Shown: positions 12,628-24,331 of the stretch, in pieces
Numbering within the stretch: position 1 is the first letter of the stretch
Layout of the letters: the number at the start of each line of letters is the position of its first letter
NCBI RefSeq assembly: GCF_001194135.2
Contig: NC_068999.1
Span: 16,341,531-16,375,282, forward strand
DNA: 33,752 bases
Direction: 5' to 3'
Source: Octopus bimaculoides
Taxonomy: Eukaryota
Made by a program: the position numbers and the translations under genes
Notes under the pieces: generated by a model
What the model was told of the DNA's origin: nothing
The model's input: the letters and a program-made list of their open reading frames with translations, nothing else
The model's database searches: none

Positions 12628-13313
12628 CTAATCCCAAGGGCAGGAGTTGCAGGATTATACTTATCTAGAAAAGAAGGGGGAAGGGGGCTAATATCAGTAG
12701 AAGGCTGCGTGGAGCTAGATAGAGTAGATATATACTCCTATGTAGGTAACAGGGAAGAAAGTTTATTGAAAGCTACAAGACTCACAGCAGGACACAAGAA
12801 AACCAAACACCCAAACGAATTTTAAAAAAAACAGAAAAAAAGGAACAGAAATTATCTGACGGGTGGGAGAAGGCGTTGCATGGTAGATTCCCAAAGACAG
12901 TTTCAGCAAATAGTGGTAGTGAGACATGGCTATGGCTGCAGAAAGGAAAAACTGAAGAGGGAGACAGGAAATTTGTTAGTTGCTGCACAAGATCAAGCAT
13001 TAAGGACTAATTTGATGAAACCCAAGTAGATTCCCAATATAGATTATGCAAGTCAAAAGAGGTAAGCGTAACTCACATAGTAAGTGAATGTAGCATGCTG
13101 GCACTGAAAGAATACAAGAAAAGACATGACAATCTGGAAGGAGTATTCTACTGGGAGAATGAACATATGTAGAATGAACATACTGAGCATGAACTTTATA
13201 AAATGCCAGAAAGTAAGACACAGAAGATATTGTAGGACTTTAAATTTCAGATTGATAGAGTAGTAGAAGCTAGAAAGCCTGATTTGGTGGTGGTGGTGGT
13301 GGTGGTGGTAGTG

Positions 13314-13374
<61 letters not shown>

Positions 13375-13669
13375 ATAATGAGTATAGAACGTGCCAGATA
13401 TTTGACTTTACAGTAACAGAAGCTAGATAACTGACTTTAGAGATCCAAATGATGAAAACATTAATATGAGAAGTATAGAATAAAATAGCAAAGTACTAAG
13501 ACCTAGCTATTGCATTAGAGAGACTACAAAATTTGCGGATAAAATTTATCCCAGTAGTTATCTGAACAGATGGGTAGAGGAAATAAGCATAAAACCCAGT
13601 TTAGTGCAGCTGCAGAAAACAATGTTACTAGGGACAGCTAGGATACTTTGGATGGTTCTTGGCATCTAA
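12628..13669 (+). pseudogene. Disrupted RT C-terminus / CCHC / REL endonuclease ORF of the retrotransposon
   Basis: Several frameshifts (e.g. the A-run near 12823) and in-frame stops; native stop TAA at 13667-13669 after ...VLGI. Confidence 0.9.
13287..13373 (+). repeat. (GTG)n(GTA)n microsatellite, 29 Val codons, inside the endonuclease PD motif
   Basis: cct gat ttg [gtg x7, gta, gtg, gta...] gat aat; 87 nt, in frame. Confidence 0.95.
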
Positions 13670-14292
13670 GGTTATTTGATATAGCCCAATAGGCAGGTCC
13701 TTGGCATCTAAGGTTACATGATGTAACCCGATATTAGGGTTTGTTTTCTTTTCCAACAGTGTAATCTGTTGAGCGTATATGAAAATAATAATAATAATCC
13801 TCTCGCCGACAAAAATTCACCTGTATTGTATTGTGCAACAGGAGTGTGAGTTAGAAAACGTTTTCCCCTACTGCTCTGATATGGGACCCAAACACAGAAC
13901 CATAAGATCGCTGATTGAACATCTTAACCATATGTCCTACTTGAAAATGTTCATGAAATGAGAGATATTTGAACAGAATGAAAAACTAAACTATTTAACT
14001 TGCTGGAATTACAAGATATGTTAGGTGCCAATACGTATACATTTCCAAGTTTCAGAATAATGAGAAAACGGGAGAAGGCTTGAGGCAGCAAGAGTCAATC
14101 AGCTTGATAATTCGACATCACTAAGGTTTATCTGCTGTTATATGTTTAGAGGCTAAGCTTTTAATCTTCGGCAATGCAAAGGAAAATATGGTAGTGATTT
14201 CACTTATGCTAGAGGTAAACGACAACACCGTGGTCTCTTTTCCCTTCATTTTATCTATTCGCAAAAGAATGTTAGTTCTGAATTTTCTAAGC

Positions 14293-14425
14293 AGATTTTA
14301 ACTAGTGTTAGTCATTTTAACTAGTTACTCATTAACTAGTTAGTCATTTAACTAGTTAGTCATTTAACTAGTTAGTCATTTAACTAGTTACTCATGTCTT
14401 AGTAGATTTTAACTAGTGTTAGTCA
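14293..14425. repeat. Minisatellite of 15-17-bp units built on the palindrome TAACTAGTTA, bracketed by identical 22-bp direct repeats
   Basis: AGATTTTAACTAGTGTTAGTCA at 14293-14314 and 14404-14425. Five internal units T(n)AACTAGTTA(G/C)TCA. Seven ACTAGT cores in total. Confidence 0.95.
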
Positions 14426-15097
14426 ATTCGTTGCTGCAATACTGGAAAGCCAGCTTAAAATCCTTAGTTGATTACAGTTACACGTGGTATTTTTGTCCAT
14501 ATACAAATACACTGAACTGATGAAGGTGCCTCTTCCCATGATCTGTAAGAAATAGTAGACAAATATCCCTCGAATCATACTCCATCAACTTGAAGACGAA
14601 CAAGACATCAGTTCTCATATTATCGCTATATAAGCATACATTTTGTGCTGACAGCCATGCATATACACCACTAGACTTTGAACGTGAATCAAGCAGACAT
14701 ATTGTGTTTATGTTTATCGACATCTTATTTTTGTACATAAATTTCTCTCAGGTTTTATTTTCATTTTTTTTTTTCTATGAAGTGGAAGAAGTTGGGTGGT
14801 GATGGGAATTCATTATCATTCTATATCCTCGTTCGTTCTTAGTAGTAGGGTATACGTGAGGTTAAAACCTTTTGAAGATAATTTTTATTCGTTAATGCTT
14901 ACCTTCTAAAGCTACTTGAATTTACACTGTCGCTATGTAAAAAGGAGGATATTACAACATCAAAGAGAATATAACTGAACTAATAAACGTTCCCATTCGT
15001 GTCCGTGTTAGTAGGCAAGACACGTACAAATATATAAGTCCAGACAAACACACATACATATACAGAAAAAAAGTACACAAAACTATCTGTCTGTCTG

Positions 15098-15130
<33 letters not shown>

Positions 15131-15132
15131 TC

Positions 15133-15179
<47 letters not shown>

Positions 15180-15793
15180 NNNNNNNNNNNNNNNNNNNNN
15201 NNNNNNNNNNNNNNNNNNNNNNNNNNNNNNNNNNNNNNNNNNNNNNNNNNNNNNNNNNNNNNNNNNNNNNNNNNNNNNNNNNNNNNNNNNNNNNNNNNNN
15301 NNNNNNNNNNNNNNNNNNNNNNNNNNNNNNNNNNNNNNNNNNNNNNNNNNNNNNNNNNNNNNNNNNNNNNNNNNNNNNNNNNNNNNNNNNNNNNNNNNNN
15401 NNNNNNNNNNNNNNNNNNNNNNNNNNNNNNNNNNNNNNNNNNNNNNNNNNNNNNNNNNNNNNNNNNNNNNNNNNNNNNNNNNNNNNNNNNNNNNNNNNNN
15501 NNNNNNNNNNNNNNNNNNNNNNNNNNNNNNNNNNNNNNNNNNNNNNNNNNNNNNNNNNNNNNNNNNNNNNNNNNNNNNNNNNNNNNNNNNNNNNNNNNNN
15601 NNNNNNNNNNNNNNNNNNNNNNNNNNNNNNNNNNNNNNNNNNNNNNNNNNNNNNNNNNNNNNNNNNNNNNNNNNNNNNNNNNNNNNNNNNNNNNNNNNNN
15701 NNNNNNNNNNNNNNNNNNNNNNNNNNNNNNNNNNNNNNNNNNNNNNNNNNNNNNNNNNNNNNNNNNNNNNNNNNNNNNNNNNNNNNNNNNNNN
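15180..15793. other. Assembly gap (614 N) flanked by (TA)n
   Basis: N-run in the sequence. Confidence 1.
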
Positions 15794-16629
15794 TATATAC
15801 ATATATATGCGTCTATATACTTATACACAAACCTATACGTATAAATTTCTTTATACACACACACATGTACACACATACTCACAAATACACGCACGCGCAC
15901 ACACACACACACACACGCACACGTGCATACATACATATGTGAGTGTATTTATGTGTGCATGTTGCAAAGTATATGCTCCGACAGATTTTCGTATACTCAT
16001 TATGTATGCACAATTACACATACAAATAGAAAAGATCGGTTGTGAATGTCATAGGTAAAACAGCTTGCTTAAATATTTAAATTGTATAGATATAACGATG
16101 TCTGCTTTTTGTTTATGTCTGTTGGTAAATTAGAGCACAATCAATGACTAACAAAAGAGTTTTTGTATCAGAAGTGAGCAATAATTGTAGCTTGAAGCGC
16201 ATGCGTTTATTTTTAGATTTTCTATTCCTGCGCGTAATATCACTATCGTGCAAACAAAACACTTTTACTATTTTTGTGATGTGCTTACTCTAATATGTGG
16301 TGTTTCGTGAAAATATTTTTCAAGGTACTATATAAGATGATATTTCTATATTGTACTTTTAATGGTGTGATTTGGTTTATTACGGACAATATTCCATTGT
16401 CAGTGCTGGAATAAAAAAGGACTCATTCGAAAACCCCACAAGACAAAACAAGCTTTAATAGTAGTGAAATAAGAATATGTATAATGTTTTCAATATTGTC
16501 CGGATAAATTTAGTATAGAAAAAGAGTCTCGATAGATGCCATGCGTTTGTACATGTATGTACGTGCAGTGGGGGTTAAGACATTTTGGAAAGACTAACAG
16601 TTGACTATGAATGCAAATTACATTTTACC

Positions 16630-16915
16630 GCGCCTCTGATGTTTCCCTAAGGGGCCATGCAACCCGGGTACCCTTAGATGCTTCCGTCAAATGACAAACA
16701 GCTGGGACATGTAGGGTGAGGGATTTCACCAGTCACTAAGGATTTCACCATTTCACCGCCTTTGGTTGATACCTTTGTTATCGACCACGAAATGATGAGA
16801 GATACATTTCACCTTAGTGGGGTCAGAATTCGGCGCGCAGACAGCAGAAACAAGCCCCGTGAGTCATGGTAGCACACACCCAAACGATTCCATCAATTCT
16901 CCGCATTTAAAAGTA
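16630..16915 (-). mobile_element. Degenerate tRNA-derived SINE (Nin-domain-like core, extended 3' part)
   Basis: The plus strand has ttatcgaccacgaaatgatgag, the reverse complement of a tttcgNggtcRataa core also present at 20810. A head-like aacgattccatcaattctccgc and a GC-richer 3' part (ccctaaggggccat...acccttagatgct) resemble a recalled octopus SINE. Boundaries are approximate. Confidence 0.55.
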
Positions 16916-17884
16916 GCATTATTTTAATAATAAATATATTGTGATTTTCTTTTTCAATTTTCAAATAATAAAAATATTTGAATGATGTCCTAATTTCGTG
17001 CTATACACAATTAACATCATGATGTAAGAAACAATTTTCAAATCAAAAATGTTTAATGAATGATTTCATTAATAATGATTTGAGTATAAATAACAAGCTA
17101 GTAATAATTTAAAATTATTGAAACACTGTGTAGTTTTTTCTGCTGATTTTTATCCTCATCGCTTATTAAAAATTATATTACTGCATGAACTCATTCAGAT
17201 AAAACTCTGCAATGATAAATTAAGATGGTCATTAGGAGATAATATTTTCCTACGTACACTCTGTCTGAGCAGAAGGTAGATTTGTTTACGTTTAGATAAA
17301 AAATATAATCAACATAAACAACAATATTTACGCATAATATTTCAACGCTAGAGATCATTTTCTCCCTCGGATTCCACTAGCCGCCACCATTTCTCTGTTT
17401 ATAACTTATTAAATAAAATTATACGAGGGGTGATACAAAACTGTTCTTCGTCAAAATCTGAATTTGTAATCACACAAGCAGTTTAACAAAATAAGTAAAA
17501 TAGTTTAAAACGTTAAATTATGTGAAATCTTGCGCTATTGCTTCCTCGGAACTTGAGTACATGCCACCCGTACTACCTAATCAAAACCTGAATTGTTTAA
17601 GATTTAAGCATGGCAATTTCAATTCAATTTTATATATTTTTCCATTGCTTAGTCAATGAAAAATGTGCAAGGTCCAAAATAGTTCCAAGGTTTCCATAGC
17701 AACCGCTTAAGATTAAATATGTTATCCTGAAACATGAGTTGCGATCCTAGATGTTGTAGTAGATTAGAGTCCGTTAGCTTGAACTAGATGACTTTGTTAA
17801 GACTTTACTCGTTAAAACTCAGAACTTGTTAATCACATCTGTTCACCTATTTGTATATTATTACCACAATGTTGTTTCATATTT

Positions 17885-18199
17885 TATTTTATTTTTATTT
17901 ATGTGCCCTTTTAAAGCCTAACCAGGCTCATGGGCCCGGTTTCCCGGTTTCTATGGCCTATGTGTTCCCTCCAGCTGGACGGGACGCCAATGCGTCGCAA
18001 CGTTACTCAAGTAAGAAAGTGTAAGAGAAAGTTGGGGCGAAAGGGTACAACAGGGGTCGCCACCACCCCCTGCCGGAGATTCGTGGAGCTTTAGGTGGTT
18101 TCGCTCAATAAACACTCATAACGCCCGGTGGGGGAATCGAAACCACGATCCTCCGACCGCAAGTCCGCTGCCCTAACCACTGGGCCATTGCGCCTCCAC
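17885..18199 (-). mobile_element. Near full-length tRNA-derived SINE with probable target-site duplication
   Basis: Minus strand: gtggaggcgcaaTGGCCCAGTGGTtagggcagcggacttgcggtcggaggatcgtGGTTTCGATTCCcc, giving Pol III A and B boxes in a tRNA-like head. The body ends ...aaaagggcacataaaataaaaataaaat. Flanks are tgtttcatattt (17873-84) and tgttttatattt (18200-11), 11/12 identical. Confidence 0.88.
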
Positions 18200-18369
18200 T
18201 GTTTTATATTTATAGTAATAAATGTGGTTCATCCATGAATTTGAAATGCATCGCTACTATTTTTGTTGGTTATGAGAAGGGACTGGATGGATGGCACGAA
18301 ATAGCATCAATCATCTTCCATATTGCGCATGAATGCAATGTTCTTAGTGGTACATCAATTGGCTTGAAT

Positions 18370-18760
18370 CTAGTCAACATCATTGTCGTGGTAGTCTTCA
18401 TTGCCGCGATTGTAATCGCCGTTTCCACCATCGAATACATGTTTATAATCACCACCACCATCATCATCATCATCATCATCATCAACAACAACAACAACAC
18501 TTCCATGATGACCACAACCATGCTGCCACTACCGTATATAGTAGCACTATTATCATTCCCGCCAACCTCATCCCTATTAAAAATACCGCCATTATCATAA
18601 TTATAATCTTTACTACCGTCGTCGACATCCACGCTATTATCAGAACCACAATCACCAGAGCCACCGCCCCCACCGACGCCACCAACACCACCTCTACCAT
18701 CACCACCATCACTACCATCATCATCTGCAACAGCAGCCTGAACATCATCAGCATCATTTT
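18370..18760. repeat. Highly degenerate (CAT/CAC/CAA)n trinucleotide field
   Basis: Persistent 3-bp periodicity with pure (CAT)n and (CAA)n cores at about 18450-18500. Confidence 0.85.
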
Positions 18761-19208
18761 GTCAGAGATAAGACAACAATGCAAATACAAACACACGCGT
18801 TGTTCCCATACCCGGCTGCTATCGAGAGAAAAGGAAAAAAAGGAAACCAAGAATAATAAGAATAAATAAAAAAGAATAGAAAAAAAAGAAGAAACAAGCG
18901 TCTGTTTGGCAATTAGGAGAGCCTATCTATAGGAGAGATGTAAACACATACTTTTTGAATAAAAACAAAAGAACGGATGGTGTTAACTCAGACACGAATC
19001 CAACCAACTGCTGTAGATGTGACTATTATACACACAGAGACAGGTGCTCCCTATCAGTAAACAAAATGAACGAGAACGCTTAATTTCTTCTCTATACGAT
19101 TCCAATTCAGCAGCCTTTTTCTTCACAACGTTATAATTGCGTGGATACTTTTTTTTTTGTTACAAGCCTATCTTTTCTCTTCCAGGCCGTTTTGGAAGTT
19201 ATTATTTC

Positions 19209-19210
<2 letters not shown>

Positions 19211-19258
<48 letters not shown>
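19211..19258. repeat. (TTA)n microsatellite
   Basis: Directly visible. Confidence 0.97.
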
Positions 19259-19425
19259 GTTTTGTTTTTCTTAAGTGGGGTGAGGTAGCGCTGTGTTGTG
19301 CCAATGTGAGGTTGAAAAAAATTGTTTACAATAATTTACTTGGGTGATTGATCCAAGTATGTGGTATCATGAACAGGATATATCGCCTCTATGTTACATT
19401 CGTAAACATAGTTCACTGTAATATA

Positions 19426-19528
<103 letters not shown>

Positions 19529-20784
19529 ATCAATATATCTTACCTCTCTATGTATTTATATATACATTTATATGGACACACATACATATATACATACAAC
19601 CTCATATATTATATACATGTATATTAATTCACATAAATATGTTTTCATATAAATAACATATTTTTTGCACAAATATTCTTACATATATATATACACACTC
19701 ACACAAAACACTCACACACACAAAAACACACACACAGACTCTCTGTTACTTTCCCCCCCCGTTCCTCACCCTCTTTTATTATCCTATATATCTCTCTCCA
19801 CCCCTACACATTCAATAATACTATAAAAAGAGACAAATCCTCTAAAGTGAAGTCATATCTGAAGAATCTACAAGAATAGATGCAAGCGCCAATATTTATG
19901 AAACATGTGACACATTAATAAAAATCTGTAAATGCACAACCATCCAGATACCTTATTATTTTTTATAATATGTAATTCCTGTACATCACCTCCAAACCTT
20001 CCAATATATATATATATGCCAGTGTGTAAACACGTACACATGTGCACATACATCGGCAGCGGAATTTTGGATAAAGTAGCGCATGCGACACTCAGATATA
20101 TCATATGCGGCTATCAAAATCTATTGATTGTTGCACCCATGGTAATATTAGAGTACAGTGTACTATCTTTCATTATACAGCTCTCTGATGCTACCAGCTA
20201 GATATTCAGATATTCACTGCATAATTTAGTCTCAATAAAACATGTCTACAAACACCGATTAATCAACCTACTTTAGTGAATAAGTCTATGTTTATAAATA
20301 TAGTTTTAAGCATATATGTTGCAAATGTTGAATCTAAAATGTATGGTATATATGACTCTTCTTATCCAACAGCTCTTCAATTCATATTTTATGGTCATTG
20401 ATGTGAACTCTAAACTACTAAGCCGTGAGGTGCAGACTAATTTTTAACAAAATTAAATCTTTTGGAAATGATTTCTACGATATATGAACGCTCTCTGTGT
20501 TATTGTTCTGAAATTCAGACACTATTAAAATAAAACACACGTGATTTTAATATGATTTTGGAATTATTGAACGTTAAAACATTAAATAACCTCGTTGACA
20601 TTAACTGAAATCCATATATCAATACATAGGCATATCAAACAGAAATGTAACGCTAAAGTTCATGAGCACAGCTGTATGGTACGATTCACACTTCAGGTGA
20701 TATTACAAAACAAAATCTCTGTCACTATGTCGAATGAAATTCGAGTGAAAAGAATTTAAAACTCTGGAGAGCTCTTTGGAGGCA

Positions 20785-20912
20785 CCGAGGTCGACATTGC
20801 ACTTCGTTCTTTCGGGGTCAATAATTAAGTACCAGTGAAATACTAGGATCGATGTAATGGACTAATCTCCTCCCCACAAATTTCAGACCTTGTGCCTTTA
20901 GTGCAAGAATTA
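20785..20912 (+). mobile_element. 3' half of a Nin-domain-like SINE
   Basis: ccgaggtcgacattgcacttcgttctttcggggtcaataattaagtaccagt...gatcgatgtaatggactaatctcctccccacaaatttcagaccttgtgcctttagt. This matches the core and tail I recall for a common octopus SINE; the tRNA head is absent. Confidence 0.75.
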
Positions 20913-22904
20913 ATTCAGTTATGAGAATGCTTAAATAGAGTGACTGTTTTTCTTTAAAATATCTACTTGTTACTTAAACAATTTCAAATTATTGTGTATA
21001 TAACGTCTCTGTCTCTTTCAATACTGTCTCTTGTGATTGATGAAAATATCAATATGTTATTGGGCAATTACTAATATATATAAACATAACTGTTAGGTCG
21101 CATATATTTAAAAGATTTCCAGTTCTCCGCATTGAAATTGTTAAAAGTAACTCAATTATTCCACGGTATGCAAGGAATTATCTCCCTTCCTAAATCTGCT
21201 AAAACGGCGAAGTAATATTACCAAGTTATCCAGGTTTTAAATATTCATCGCATTTAATACAGACAAATATTGGGCAGATGTGTATCCTGATTGAGCTACA
21301 TTCTCTCTCCCCCACGTCTTCTAGTTTTCAGCATAAATCACTTGAGGCCTCTCAATTCACTCGAACACTACGAGCAACATCATCGCTCCTCAAGCTACAA
21401 ATAGCAGCCAAATTTATCTCAAACTATTCACTGCAGCCTTTGTATATATTAAGTATATTATCTGAAACTAAGATGGATGGGATCATTATCGTCGAAGCAT
21501 TTTGATCACGAGTCTACTCTATCAAGGTTAACCGATGGCTAAACAACAACGTCTTTTTTACTTTTCTTCGAATCAGAAAACGAATATTAATAAAATTGTT
21601 AGCAATGTGACTCTGTTTCTTTTCTTTTTCATTTATGTAGCAAACACATTTATCAGTTAGATACGTAACTGAAGAAGAAGAAAAAAAAAAGAGAAAGGAA
21701 ACACAGAAATCGATATGTAAATATCGATTGCTTAGATACAAACACACATTCTTGTGGCGTGGATTGCTTTGTCGCGCTGACTGAAGTAATTCCGGTATAT
21801 ATTACAGGGGATAATTTCATTGCCAGTTGAGAGATCAAATATAAGGAGATCAAAGGTCAACTTTCTCTTACTCAGTGTTTGAATTTAGAATACAGAGGGA
21901 TGAAACAAAATACTGTAAGATATTTATTGTAGTTCTCTCTGGTTTCAATAATGTTTCGTTTTGAATAAATAATCAAATGTTCAGATATTTTAGCGACAAG
22001 GTAAGAATCATGACGTTTAATCATTAGAGTAATGGGATATGATATCGTGAGAATTTTACTCTGTTAAACTGTTTGGTGGACTTGTCTAACCGAGACAGCA
22101 ATCTAAGTTCGAGACGATGGGGGTCTATCCGCATAATAACTTCAATAACTGTCAATAACTCACTTTCTCTTCTTAAAGGCATGGGCACATTGGATAGTGA
22201 ATTCTAGATACTTATAGCAAATCTAAGTGGAATCTGTAACTTCGAGTCCGTATACATGCTCTTATAGGGTTCTTTTGAAGTTAATAATCTTCCGCCTCCG
22301 CATAAGCATCCGTCATCATCATTAGTAACTACAACAACAACTACAAAAACACTGCAAAAATAACACCATTGTGAACAAACACACACACACATTCAGTGAC
22401 GTCGTCAAAGGAGCATATTCTTAGGGAGCTATCTGGATATTGGGGCACATGTTGAAAGCTTATGATCTCATGAAAAGCTGTTGTAAGTTTAAGAACATCT
22501 TAAAAGTGTCTGAAATCATCGATTGCTAGAAAAGCCGTTGATAAGAAATGGTAATGGTGAGAGCAAAAAGGCCAAGTTAAAGCAAAAGGGCAGAGAAATG
22601 TAAAGATCAAGTTGGAAACTAGATAAACGTTGAGAGCAGAGGATTAAGCTTTAAGCAAGGAAGTACGTTGATATTTAGGGAGCAAATTGAGAGTAACAAA
22701 ATATGCTGAAAGTTAGAAGGTAAGCTAAAAATTAGGAAACAAGTTTGGAAAAAAGGCAGCATGATGTAGGGAAGAGAACAATTTCTCAAATTACTTGAGA
22801 GTGACGTGGCCCAGAATGTGTCATTGTTAGTGAAGTGTCGAAATCTATTCGCAGATTCCTATTCTAGATGATAGCAGTTTCCACTTCTTCCTCTCACCCT
22901 TCAG

Positions 22905-22944
22905 CTCGAGTAATTTTTGCGGTGACAAACGTCAGTGAAACCAG
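22905..22944 (+). other. Candidate 40-nt internal exon (unlinked)
   Basis: Polypyrimidine tract tttccacttcttcctctcaccctt followed by CAG acceptor (22878-22904); donor CAG|GTATGC at 22945; one open frame, xRVIFAVTNVSET. No homology recognised. Confidence 0.3.
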
Positions 22945-24331
22945 GTATGCCATCTTCTGTTCGAATATAACGATTCTTTATCCAGTTTTCTAAGGTTGTA
23001 TTCTCTAATAAATTTTTACTGCTTCTTATAAGGAAACATCATACTTCCATGACTTGACTTCATTAATTTATCGGAAATAGATACTAAATTTTGCGTAACC
23101 CAATACACACTGTAATGTTGATGCTGTAAGCATCATAGGTCCACACGGTAATCTACCATCGAAAAGCATTACTTGGAGATTCACTTCTATATGGAAAACA
23201 TTTAACAGCACCACCTACGTTGTTTATGCTGTAGCAAATAGTTTCTTCATAATAAGCCATTTTACACCTTCACTAAATACTTAAACGATATTCACACCTA
23301 TTTTAAAGACGCCATTATAAAAATTAAAAAGGATAATTTATTATTTATAATTTTTTCCTACATGTAATTACAAGTAGTCAATGCACACGTTATTTTTTTT
23401 TTTGCTTGTTTCATTTACTTTTTTGAAATGATTTCTTAATTGTTTTTCTTTTTAATTTATTTGCTTGCTTCTTTATATTTACAACTATGTTCTTGATTTT
23501 ATTTTAGTCTACTTTCATCTATGAAAGAAAACGTGCATCGTAGTCAAGAAGGAAAAAAAAGGTCTATAGGTTTGTTACGTACAAGAAGTGAGAACACGAG
23601 AGATTTACATAACCACAAGTAAAAATAAATAAGTATATAAATAACAAATAACGAAGAAAAAAAAAGAAATTTTTAAGTTTCAGAGAAGAAATGTTGAAAG
23701 AAAAAGAAATGAGTTAAATAATATATATATATATATANNNNNNNNNNNNNNNNNNNNNNNNNNNNNNNNNNNNNNNNNNNNNNNNNNNNNNNNNNNNNNN
23801 NNNNNNNNNNNNNNNNNNNNNNNNNNNNNNNNNNNNNNNNATATATATGTACAGAAAGAAATACAGATAATAAGGAAATAATCGTATAATAAAATATAAA
23901 AATATATTTAAAAATATTTATGAAGATTAGAGAATGAGAACAAGAGGGAGAAACAGAAGAAAAAAAAAACAGAAAAACGAAGGAATTCAGTGATCTGTTA
24001 ATATCTCCTCCAGCCAGAAATATGCACCACTAGTCTAATGTCTAATTAATCGAAACTTAGTGTGTGAGTAAGTGCCTATGTGTATGTGAGTATACGAAAC
24101 AAATATATACGTGTGTGTGTGAGCGTGTGTATATTTTTCACCGTGTAGGCGTGTGTGCTTTTATGTATACGTATGCTGTCACTTCATTTCATTTCTATTC
24201 TATCTTAAAATTTCTTTCTGTTCCCCATCTCCCCTCCTCTACAACACACCTTTCTGATCGTCTAATCAAAGTTTTCATCTTTACCCCTCTTTTCATCTTT
24301 CCTTCACATATTATGCATATATATATATATA

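Larger units (their letters stand above)
12628..13798 (+). mobile_element. 5'-truncated R4/Dong-type (restriction-like endonuclease) non-LTR retrotransposon with (TAA)n tail
   Basis: Manual translation across frameshifts gives LIPRAGVAGLYLSRKEGGRGLISVEGCVE; WEKALHGRF; ETWLWLQKGKLKRETGNLLVAAQDQALRTN; YRLCKSKEVSVTHIVSEC (CCHC knuckle, first Cys is Tyr); EYKKRHDN; IL*DFKFQIDRVVEARKPDLV...DNEYRTCQIFD; KY*DLAIAL; LQKTMLLGTARILWMVLGI*. The element ends in aaaataataataataat (13782-13798). These motifs match the C-terminal half of R4-clade ORFs. Confidence 0.92.

Noticed and set aside
14293-14425. CRISPR-like appearance of the short palindromic repeats
   Set aside because: There are no unique spacers (units are head-to-tail), no cas genes, and the context is eukaryotic.
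17422-17440. tacgaggggtgatacaaaa, resembling a mariner-type TIR start
   Set aside because: No matching inverted end or transposase remnant was found.
18125-18199. tRNA-like sequence on the minus strand (also the head at 26828-26890)
   Set aside because: The acceptor stem does not close and the sequence runs into a SINE body and tail; it is a SINE head, not a tRNA gene.
18235-18850. Overlapping 120-aa ORFs and a proline-rich EPPPPPTPPTPPLPSPP stretch
   Set aside because: Explained by decayed (CAT/CAC/CAA)n repeats; no splice or homology support.
20175-20201. Minus-strand LAGSIRELY, matching LRGGIRELY at 5098-5124 with synonymous codon differences
   Set aside because: It is flanked by stops, the match does not extend, and a short peptide match of this size is expected by chance across six frames.
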